A stretch of DNA of 64,000 bases from Laetmonice hystrix (lineage: Eukaryota). The stretch covers positions 10,232,001-10,296,000 of the forward strand of contig OZ249436.1 of assembly GCA_965235115.1 (NCBI GenBank), given 5' to 3'. Below are positions 51,552-63,200 of this stretch, piece after piece. Each line of letters opens with the position of its first letter. Position 1 is the stretch's first letter. Below the pieces are notes generated by a model, which was not told the origin of the DNA, made no database searches, and worked only from the letters and a program-made list of their open reading frames with translations. The position numbers were made by a program, and so were the translations under genes.

Positions 51552-51681
51552 CCTATTTAAATTATGTTATCCAGAATCCCCATGCTTTCTGTTTATTCGT
51601 CAGCTAAGTGTGGCTATTTTCCAGGGATCGACTGTTAATAAAGTCGAGGACCTTCAGGGCCACTGTGCCCTTGCTGATACC

Positions 51682-51810
51682 ATGGTGGAGATAAGCATGG
51701 AGTGGCTGCTCGACCTTCGCCTGCAGATGGCCGCTGTGCTGGCAGTCTTACTGATATACTACGCTGTCCGACGGCAACGACTGCCAGGAAACCGCGAAAA
51801 ACAGCAGTAA
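51682..51810 (+). CDS. Candidate 42-aa single-pass membrane microprotein, or the first coding exon of an unrecognised gene
   Basis: MVEISMEWLLDLRLQMAAVLAVLLIYYAVRRQRLPGNREKQQ*. Start context accATGg, upstream acceptor-like tattttccag (51623/4), hydrophobic helix followed by basic residues, AATAAA at ~51971 and ~52045. No homologue recognised. Confidence 0.4.
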   Translation: MVEISMEWLLDLRLQMAAVLAVLLIYYAVRRQRLPGNREKQQ

Positions 51811-52666
51811 TGTGTACACCCTGCCGTCACGTCTGGTGCAGTGGTGGAAGGGTTCTCACGGACTTCTCAACTTGTGATTCTCACGGAAGATTGGACAGAA
51901 TGCGGAAGAACTATAAAGGCACGCCCTTGTATGTCTATGTTATTCGACGGGCAGGTTCTCGAAAGGCAAAAATAAAACCGGCATCAATGTCACAATGACA
52001 ATGTAAATAGATGATTATTTCACGCACCGCGTATTATGTGCACAAATAAACTTTTTATGAGACAATGTTCGTTTGTTTCTGGTGATGTGACGACAAGAGA
52101 ATTGCAGCCTATTGCCCATTAGATCGAGGCCCTGCATATCGAAATATTGAATGAAAACAGACTTGCAAGATTGTATATGCGACCTTAAATGAGGGCCTAC
52201 ATATTTTGGCCTTAAAAATATAATAAGGTGCTAAGAAATTTTGAGTTCCATACATGTATAGGGGTTTCAATATTTCCATTCTGCAAGGGTCCTAGTTCTA
52301 GAAAGCCGATCGCTCATAACTGGTTGTAAACCAGCCAAAGCCTAGTTTCGATCTATGTTTCGATGTCCCAATTCTTGACAAGAAGACATTCCATGCAATA
52401 AACTGCAACCCCTCCCCTGGAAACTGCGAAAATGTTGCTCGGTACTTCACCGTAAAGGGAAGTGGGGTCGTAAAAAAACGCTTCCTACGCTTGTGAAAGA
52501 TTTATGCTGAAACCAATCCTTACAGTGGAAAGGAACGCAAATTATGATTCCACTAATGTCAGTAGACTTAAGAATATAAATTCAAAATAAAACGCATTGG
52601 CACTGCATATCGTAAAAAAAAACGCTTTCTACGCTTGTGAAAGATTTATGCCGAAACCACTCCTTA

Positions 52667-53211
52667 AGGCCTGAACCCACTAGCGCGTTTTGTCGGTCAG
52701 CCAAAAACGCCGCGATTTCCCGTCGCGGGAAATCGCGGCGGCCCTGATTAGGTAACATGTTCCCACTGAGGCAGAAAAACGCATACCGGTCATCAGTCAC
52801 TCCCCTTCAGGTCTCACGCCCCGCCGCGGTTAATCGCTTCGAATGCTATTTTTGCAACGGCTTTTCCCCCTGTGCGTCGGCCGCGGCGGGGTCAAGCCGC
52901 TTTCACATGCACACGGTTTGCGGCGTGCGGCATGCGGCGTGCGTTTTTGTTAATAATGTAGCCAATGTAAATCGCCGCACACCGCAAACCGGGGGCATGT
53001 GAACGGTATATCTATTTTCAGTTGTTCCATTTCTGCAAAAACGCACGCCGCATGCCGCACGCCGCAAACCGTGTGCATGTGAAAGATTTTTGCCGCATCG
53101 CTCAAATGGAAACCATTCTATGAAATTCAGTTGTACCAATCTCGGCGTTGTGCGTCGCGATTTCCCGCAGCGTGGACCGCAGCGGTAAAACGCGCTAGTA
53201 GGTACAGGCCT
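52667..53211. mobile_element. PIF/Harbinger MITE with TTA TSD, containing a nested palindromic element (52900-53085)
   Basis: tta|aggcctgaacccactagcgcgtttt ... aaaacgcgctagtaggtacaggcct|tta. Inner perfect ~49-bp inverted repeat ctttcacatgcacacggtttgcggcgtgcggcatgcggcgtgcgtttttg. Confidence 0.9.
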
Positions 53212-53781
53212 TTACAGTCGAAAAGGAAAGAAATTTATGATTCCGCTATGTCAGTAGACTTAAGAATATAGATTCAAAATAAAACGCATTGGCACTGCAT
53301 GATATGTATAAAGGGGCCTAACTCAATTGATTATGACGCTAACGGAAAACGCCTAAATTTAGTACTTTTACTAAATGGAGGCTTATCTTTCTTGTCTTAT
53401 ACGCTAAATAAATAATGTTATCCATGACACATGTTGTGGCCTGTAAACTGGGGGTACTTTTTTAAAAAACTCTCAACTCTACTGTGGCGCACGCTTGAGA
53501 TGTCAACAGGTGTCTTTCTTTCTGTAACCTATATACATGGATAGGCCTACATGTGGTAGGATTCGACTGGTTGCACTACAAGGATCTGCCCATGTCATGT
53601 CAATAAAATACTCAACTCATCAAAAATATTTCTATGTAAATAGCCTCAATCACTTGACTTTTATTAAACTTTTATTTTCAAACCCCAAAAGAGCCTTGCA
53701 GAAAATCATAACCATCGTCTAATTGGCCCGATTTCTATAGACTTTTTTTTCTCAATATTATATATACACACTTGTTATAAC

Positions 53782-54038
53782 TAGGTGACCACACAAATTA
53801 CATTTTTAAAATCCCTGCGTTTTCCATGTCTTCCCTGCCCCACAATACATTTTTCCCGTTATCCGATATGGCTGGCAATTATAGTGTTTTCATCAAACAT
53901 GGCGGCCATACTGAATAAGACCGCCATCATTTGATTCAACAACTAGATGCATTTGCTTAATTTTATTTCTGTCTGTCACCCCCCCCCCCCCCCCCCCCGC
54001 GCGTTTTCCCTGTTTCCCCCGTGCTGTGGTCACCGTTA
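53782..54038. mobile_element. hAT-like MITE remnant
   Basis: taggtgaccaca ... tgtggtcaccgtta, with ttttccc(t/c)g subterminal motifs. Confidence 0.5.
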
Positions 54039-57000
54039 TAACCATACACTAAAAAATATCCGTGAAATTACAGAGCTTTCTGCATACAGCTCTTTACTGG
54101 TGTACTTTTGTTTAGCTGATACAGGTCACATAATCATGCATGTCATTTATAAAATTATTCACAATACCTGCATAAGTGGTAAATTACCTGTACAATATAC
54201 ACGCCGCTCGATCCCCAACAGAATACCAATTTATGACAAATCAACTAACTTCCGGATATAGTCCTGAACTGATATAAATTAAACACATTTCTACTTCAAA
54301 ACTGTCAAAACGTCTATGCTACGAACGCTGATCCATCTAACACTAAGTTTTTAAACTTTCCGACCATGACTAAACTTCATGTATCCTACAGTAGAACCAC
54401 GCACATTTTGCATAATGTTAACCTTTATCTATACTCGTTTTACGAGATGAACATTACCTTCTCCATTACACTATACCTCTTTAAAACAGAAAATCTACTT
54501 GGACTGAAGTATGATAAAACCACTAATCGAGATATTTAACCATGTTCTTGCTTCTCCTTTTTTTCTTTCTTGTGGGTGTGGGTCTGGGGGATGTATCGCC
54601 TTAACAAAAGATATCACTTCGAGCGGTAATAATAAAATACTGTAATAGACTATTTTCTTAAGACAATAAGATACATTTTCTACCATTATAGCGGTAATGA
54701 TAAAGATATCCGTGATACAAGGTGGTACATTTTTGGTTTAGTTTACTACTGTTAAATAGCTCTGAATTTGTTGAATCAGTGTAAATGCATGCGTCTCATA
54801 ACACCGAGGTATGCAATTTTCTTATCGAGAAGGCTGATTTAACGTGCAACCATTGAACTTTCCTTATCGATTTTCCATTTTTTACCATAGACTGTGTATT
54901 AGTTTTAGTTTTAGTTCTATCGTGTGTATATGAGTGCTTGCGACCCTGCAGGGAAGTGCAATTTCAAGGAGATACGAAGCCGAATATAGTAACAAATCTT
55001 CTTCATAATTATTGATTGTATTTTATGTGATCTACACATAAATACATTTCTGCTGAACAATACGTATAATAAAAAATAAGAATGCAAGGAGATAAGTTTG
55101 AATCAATAAGATTGTTATAACAATGATTTTACACCTTCCATAGCTTCCTCCTGAAGTTCGGAACTCCTTGGAAGGTATCGTAACTGTGGGTTTACCGAAA
55201 CGTGGGTATTATTCACTGGGACACGCACACACGTGACTTCCCATTCTTCCTGGACCATCGATCCACCATAAAAGTGGTCATGGTTCTCACTCAAGCGCAA
55301 CAGTCGCGGTATCGTTACGTTTTGATTTCTGGCCAGTATTTCTAAAAGAAATTCTTCTCTGCTTTAGTTTAACAAATTCCGCTCGTATTACATCAGTTTA
55401 GTAAAAAGTGATGTGACCAGGAAGCCAGGTGAAGAGGCGGTTCGATATTTGCCTGCTCCAAAAGACACTTGATGATTTGTGCAAACATAGATCGAACAGT
55501 GGGATAACCCGGGACGCCACTTCAAACACGACACTTTGCTAATTAATTGGTGTGAACCATAACGGGGGTATTTTCACGAATCTAGTATATATAACCTTGG
55601 ACCTCACGTCCATGATGTGACTTACATATAAAATGACCAACACCACAAGCCCTGAGACAAACTAGTTTGCTTTTGTTGCACGTTATACATTACATATGAA
55701 GCGCGGACCAAACGAACCCAAGCGACGGCAAATAAGTCATGACGGCACCAGTGCCACAGTTTATAAACGACAAAGAAATCAAATAGGTAGCTAATGAAAC
55801 ACACCCCATAAAACATCTAAGGCGATCAAATAATTTGTATACAGCCATTTAAGGAATTGCCATCATCCCATCATACTCGAATGCATAATGTTATTTACTG
55901 CCCTGTGTTCAGCAGCATTATCTCTTAAATAATCCCGAAATCTCCTATGCTTCAGGACATCAGGAAACGGGCCAGGATTTCTGCGACACCTGTCCCGGCA
56001 TTATAGTATCTGTTGTAACGATATGGCTCAAAGTACACGGCTTCGTATACAAACATCATTTCCAATCTGCAGTGCAGACAAAATAGTCATGTGATGCTTT
56101 GGTCAAACTTCCAACTTTCTGTAAATTTCAAATGATCGAAATCTGTACAGATTTAAACAAATATCTGGCGTCGCCTCCAGGAATAAAGGCGGTAAATCAG
56201 CAGGCAAAAACATAATAAAATACCGGTCAGCAGGAGCAGAGTTGTTGGTAGAATGTCAAGATCTCTGTCAGGACCATCCTGGGGGAGGGGTAGCAGACCA
56301 TACCCCATCTCTCATACCCCCTGCTATCACCTTTATGGTTGGAGCGAGTATGAGATAATTTGAGGGGTTACGCGCTGTCGACAGTATTTTAATTATTTGC
56401 AGGAAGACGTATTTCAAACGTTGTGTCAGTTGAAGCAGGGGCCTCATGGCACAGCTCTGGATCTCAAGCTGACTTTGATTGGCTCAATGTTCACTATGCC
56501 TGGGACAGAATCATAACGTATTATTTCAAGATGGCGCTTGGATATGAAAGCTGATATACGTTTGTGGAACAAAGAATATTAGCATAATGTATAATCTGGT
56601 CCACATCTCTGACGCAAAGCTTCTATCTGTAAATAACATCGACGTGAATGTCGCCACTTACCTCAAATATACTTAGTATATACTACTCAAACAGGCCATC
56701 CGACCATCTCGTTTACGCCTGAGACATATATTTCTTGTTTCCTAAAAAAAGCCTCAAAAGCCCGCTTTAAGACAGGCTTTTTTTTCAGGATACCAAGTTC
56801 ACATATTCAAGCCGTGTTTTCTTTGTAGGTTCATTAGTTTCCCCATTCTATGTGCAACCACGTGACCTATTCAATAACCGAAACTGACTCTTACATATCT
56901 CTTACGGAAATAGCCACAGAATATTATGATCTCATTTGGAGCATACTAGTGCATAAATTGTAATACACAGGCTATCTCATCACTAAAATGCTCTTCCTAG

Positions 57001-57238
57001 ATATTGGAAGACGTGCATCTGTACGTGGACACACTGAACTGACCACCTCTGATCTTGTTGAAGATCAAACTATCTTTCATCCCGTAATGGATTCAGTGTG
57101 TGGCTGACGCTTCAAGTGATGGGTAAGGGAAACAAATGTGCTGCTTGTACCATCGAAACCTGCAGCAGTGATCTCCGAGTTAGTACTTTCTGTTAAGAAC
57201 TAAACAGCAGTGTTATCGGCTGTGTTGGCCGGAGACGT

Positions 57239-60200
57239 TCAGGTGGGGGCTGGTGCATCTGGCTGGTCCTCATTGTCCACCACCAGATCGTCTCCCATAG
57301 TAACGTTGGGTGGTGTCCCGCGCGATGTCTGATCACATTCGATCCACCCTCCATGCGAAATTAGCCGACTTGCCTGACAAATTAAAACCAATATTCAAGC
57401 ATCACAGCATTCATTTAACGAGAGCAGTATTGTTTTTTACATTCTCACATTTTGAAACCAGATTACAAGCCATAACAAAATTATATTTTTTTGTTTGTAT
57501 CTACCTGCAATATTTATGTAATTTCAACAAACTTTAAAACACCACTTGATGGTTTGCATGCCCGCAATTCCTGGGGAATGATTTAATCCGACTGAATCTG
57601 AAAAACAAGTTCATCATAAAGATGAAATTATTACAAGAAAAATAATGCTTACCCTTGTTGTTTGGGGCTGACTTCTTGGAAACCCACACATCTCACAAGT
57701 GGACCTTACAGCTATGTTACTGTAAGTACAATGTGCACATTCCCATGGTTCACCCCCTCGCCTTGCGCTTCCCACTGTCAGAATATATATTAATCATATT
57801 ACTATCTTCATTCACAGCAGGGAATTCACAGTAATAAAAGTAATTTTCCTCCATTGTCTTTTGTTTCAGGAATCCAACTCTAGGAAATCATACTTCCTGT
57901 TCACTCATAGTATCTGGCTTTTCAATGTCATATACAGTGTTTTTACCAGGTTAGAAGTGAAAATCACACTCCTTGGCCGGGGGTTTGGTGGCCCCCAATA
58001 TGGTCCCGGGGCTGTGCAGGGCCCAGGGGGCAAAGCCCCCTAAGCTGAATTTTTAGCTTTTAGAAACCCTTACAAGGGAATTCCTGTTCCTATATCTACA
58101 CTTATCAACCTGAAATCTGTTTATTTTCCCTTCAGCCCGAGTTTCGCTGGCTAATTTCTCTGGGTTTTCACAATGATTTAAACAGAAAATTATTTAATGT
58201 GCCAATAATTACCTCAAAATCCGACAAATTAATACAAAATCAATGCAAAACGATCAGATATCCAACTTTTTCCCACATTTTCATGAAATATCAACTTTTG
58301 TCAGAAAATCTGAACCAGTACAAACACTGCATATGGATGACTGTCAGAGGTGTTTTATGCCTAGAGCAGCGTAGTGGGAAAGCTTTCTTACCCGGTGCTG
58401 TCCACCAGTTGCCAGGGTCAACTAGACGTGCTTGTGACGGCTGTTGAGCGTTGGCTGAGGTCTGCCTCTGGAGCTCTTCGATTCTCTATAACAAAGAATG
58501 AGTTTCTATTATTGGGTGATTTTACTCCTCCAGGACTGAATCCAAGCTAGTGTTAATTTATAAAATTAGGATTCGATGTAAAAAAATATTTGGAAAATAA
58601 TCGGGCAGAAATCTTCAATTTCTGGCATAACAAAAAAAAAGACACTTTCAAAATAGAGTACTATCATACCTGACGTAACTGTTCCCTCAAACGTGTATTT
58701 TCTGTCCTTAAGCGAATATTGTCTTCTTCACACTGTCGGATCTATTCATGAGTAGAAATCCAAAATGTCTGTATTAATTTTTCTAGTGAAGTAAGAGATG
58801 TATTTTATGGGCTTTCTGTTTTTAATGCCAGTATAACCCACTTAGATTTTGTAACAATTACCGGGTATTTACTAATAGATATTCGGCAATATCCATCAGT
58901 GAAAATAAAGTGATAAATTTGCACCAGTAAAATTCCAAAAAGACCTGCAAAGAGAACTTCATAAGAGAAATACAGTATTTGACCCCATAAGCGTAGAGTA
59001 CGCCTTAGAATTTCTTTGGGGGGTGACATGAATTTTTTTCTAAATCATGTTCATCAGCCTTCACCCACACATCTCAATGATTCCAAAAATGGTAGTGTCA
59101 ACTTATTGGGTCCAATACGGTAGGGTTTACATCATTTTCTTACATTACATTTTCATTGGCATTCACCTATTCTGCTGAGAAAATACAGTGTAAAATCATT
59201 TACACCAATTTAACAGCTACTTTCAGGTTGCCAGTTTCATAGGACGACCTGAAACTTGAATAAATCACAATTTGAGCTGATTTACAAAAGATAGCTGGAA
59301 ATCAGAGGCATTCATGTTGTTTGTGGTTCACCCACCTCCTGGAATTCTTGGCGCAGGCAGCTATTCTCTGTTCGTAACAGTTCTGCCTCCTGTTCTCGTC
59401 TCCGAATCTGCAAAACAACAAAGTCTGTGCAGATGAAAAGTCTACCTCAGAATGCTGTACCAGATTCCCATTCCTTTTCCTGCTAGTTTTAAACCTCAGA
59501 GTCAGAGTTTCCCACAGGCTAGGCTGAAAGCTAAGGCTGACTATAATTTTTCTGATTTTGCACAACCAGAACCTTCTTTTTTCGAAAATAAGATAACTGG
59601 AAGAAAATTACTGACATGAGACAAAATCCAATTATTCTGAAAACGTAACATTAAACACAGAATCAAATTTAACTCTACAGTTTAAAGGTGAAACAGCAAA
59701 ATATAAAATTCCTCACCATTTCATTAGACTCTCTAAGGTCTGCCTTAAGGCGCGTTAGTCCACCTTGCAAGGTGTCTCGCTCCACTTGGGCCCTCTCCCG
59801 ATCCTGACGCTCACGGTCAAAATCTTCTTTGTAAATTGTCACCTGATCAGGAATGGAAACAGTAGCCATATATTTGTGTTGAAAATAAACATGACTCAGC
59901 AAAATGGCTCCTTAAACGTACAACATTTCAATATGCTCAGAGTTTGAAGAGGTTGTGGACATTTGATTCAACTGGTTACAATCATGGTTGCCTTGCAGCG
60001 AAACTAATATAATTCCGAAACCTTTCGTAGACCAAGATTATATGGCATTATATCCATGTTTGGTTCATTTCTTTTCAATGTTAGGGACCTTGGATTCCCG
60101 TTTTCATGTGAGTACCAACCCTTCTGTTCTTTCAATTCCAACGCTTAGCTGAAATCAAGTATCTACAACTGTGACTGGTTCTATAACTGAAACGTATGGT

Positions 60201-63200
60201 TTCTGGTCATCAAGGTCATACTTGTAGAGACGACTATCCAGTCCTGACCATCCTCAAAGATTACTATTGTTGAAGGTGACAAAAACGTCTACACACCTGC
60301 TGTCTCAGAATCTGTACTTGGGTTCTCAACTCTTCTGGATCCATTGCTCCCAATGAACTCAGTGATTCCTGTCAGAAATAAAGTGTAAATTTTGACACAG
60401 AAGTAAAAAGTTCCATTATGGTTCATGAGACATACATGGGTAAATAACCATCCATTGGAGGCTTCACTTCCCAAGGTACGATTTTTTCTTCCTCATTTTC
60501 GAGTCGGGAAGGGGGCAAGTTGTCCCACAAAAGGTGCCACACAAGGTATCACTCCCCTTCCCCTAACATGACATACGGGAGTTACTGATTGCTGCCTTAC
60601 TCATTTCATAAGGCAGGCACTATATTAGCAATGTCTTGCGAATGAAGATGTTATTACCGAATCTGACTTTTTTTTACTGCATACACACTGAATAGATGAC
60701 GACCTGTGTTGTAGCGTGTACAGGAAGTTACATCTGCAGGTTTTATAGACTGTCAAAACATATTGCATTAATGGCAATTACCAGAGTGGTAACAATTTGC
60801 CAGAGGCAGAGACAAATTTAACATACAAGTACCTGTTGTCTGGTAGGGCTGGCAGGGGGGAGATCTGTGACTGAGGCAAGCTGTGTCTGCAGGGCCATCA
60901 AGCGGTCAGATAACGTTTCAGCCCGATGTCGCTCAGCCAGCACATTTTCTTCAGCACGCTGGCGCTGAGCTTGTTCCACTTGCAATCTTCTCAGTGCTTC
61001 GTCTTTGCTCTTCTGTTTATTGCACAAAGTCAATCTTATTTACAAATGAGGCCTTTAAAATATATTCTAATAGATGAATATCTTTTGATTCAATGACTCC
61101 AAATTGAAGACATGGGCTCTTCGGTTAGACAAGGCCTTAGACTACGAAATAATCAATAAATGCCTTTAAAACCACAATTTTGCACCGACAACAATCTATG
61201 AGTAAAACTTCATCCTTTCCAGATGAGCACGCTGATTAGAGAGGTGTTTTTTACATTGACACCCCCCCAAACAAAACCGTCTTTCAAGCAAATAATAGGC
61301 AGGGCAATGTAATACATGTTTCACATGAGCCCATGAGCCACATGTTTAGAGACACTACAAATCCAATCGAGATTTGAATGATCCAATACAGATTGAAACG
61401 AGAGATAATCTTTGATTGCTTTAACTTTTGTCCAATTTCTTCCTCCATTTCATTTGTCAAATAGCCACAAAATCTCAGAGAAGAATGCAGTAGGAATATA
61501 TCAGGGAGATGTCTTGCAAATATACTTGCTACGTTTTTGTCGATGAAGATGAAAGTTATAGACAAAGTCAAGTCCTGCTAAAATCACCACCATTAATTTC
61601 ACCTTCACTCCTAAGCAGAGCTGTGCCCTCATCTACAGATTTTTCAGGAGGATTTATCGTGTTTGGTAATTCACTTTTTCACAGGTGTGGTTAATGAGAA
61701 GAATCATGCATCATACCTTTTCTTTCTCTGTTCTATCTTTGGCCAGCAATAGCATTTTATCAATGTCATCTTGCCGTTGCCTTTCGATTTTCTCTTTCTC
61801 AGTGATACGTCTTGTGAAACTATCAACTTCTGACCGCAAGTCTTGTATTTGAGACTCGTAGTTGCTCTTTACTTGCCGCATACGTGTTTCCCACTTCTGG
61901 TTAAGTAACTTCACCTAGGAACAAATAAAGACATTGTTCAATTAGTTCAAAACCCATTGTATTAGTCATATAAACCTGATTCATTCTTGTCATGCCACCT
62001 TTTACACTAAGACTGTAAACATTGTTAATGCCCATTAATATAGCATTATCATGATAATATCAAGGACAGAAGATAAGCATATCTCCAAAATCTGACAATC
62101 AACACTGCTCATACTCTTTATACTCTTATTTATCTACATTACGCATTACTAGATGATGCAAGCAACACAAACTTTGAAAACCACAGGCCCAGAATAGCTA
62201 CAAGTATTGAGTCAGGAAATTCAACATGACCTGGTCACATGATGAATTAGTTGCTCATATTCTCACCTCATGCACTGGGTCATGTTCACGTGGACTCTCA
62301 GTGGTACTGGCTGCTGACTGAGCTTCAGCTGATTTCTACATTAAAACAGTAAAATGTCACAGATATATGTACATGGAACTGCAGGAAGACCTTCTGTTGT
62401 CATAATGAACATTTCTTGAACTAGAACTAGAACCTGTTTGCTGCCCAATACTTCAGATGTTGTTCAAACCTTCCAAGTGAGACAGATAAAACGGCAGGTT
62501 ATCTCAGGTCATATCGGAGGTGTGCATAGGGCTAAAACCTCATTATAAATCACATCCTGTTCCATAAAATAAAACTTTGAGACTTGACAAATCAGGAACT
62601 TGACTAGACTACATTAGCTGATTTTACTACACCGTATCTTTGCTTGTTCTCAGCAACCAAACACTGTAGGCTGATAGCAAGGACATTTTTCTTCTCGGGG
62701 TTAACCTGCTCTCAAGGTTAACTTAGTTAAGCCGATTGCAAGAACGTCAAAATTCTCGGGGTTAAGCCATTCTGGAGGTTAAACTATATTTAACCCTGTT
62801 AAACATGGCTGCTGCGTTGGCCAGGCGTCGTCGCCAAAAGGTTGCAGTGAGAACGAATTGACAATGGGTTATCCCAATATGTGGTTTAACCCATTCTAGG
62901 GCCTGGTTTTTAGTTTGTCATTTTACCAATCTTAAAACTGGAATTTTAAGGCTGACTTGTGTTAATGTTATGGTCTCTCATTGGCTCACTTCATTGGATG
63001 GACCAATCATGTTAAGATTTGAACCTTATTAAGACTCGGTTTCCAAACTAAAAACCAGGGCCAGGGGTTAACCACTACTAAAGTCCTTGCAATCAGTCAT
63101 GTATCTCCCAATATCAAGGGTCATTCTAATAGATATCTCTGCAAAAAGGCCACGATATCTTTTCACCTGCAACAACAGATCACTGTCTATCAACTTTGTT

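Noticed and set aside
54890..57100. Possible additional exons between the small ORF and the TNIP-like stop codon
   Set aside because: No open, splice-bounded segment with recognisable protein similarity. More likely UTR or intergenic DNA.
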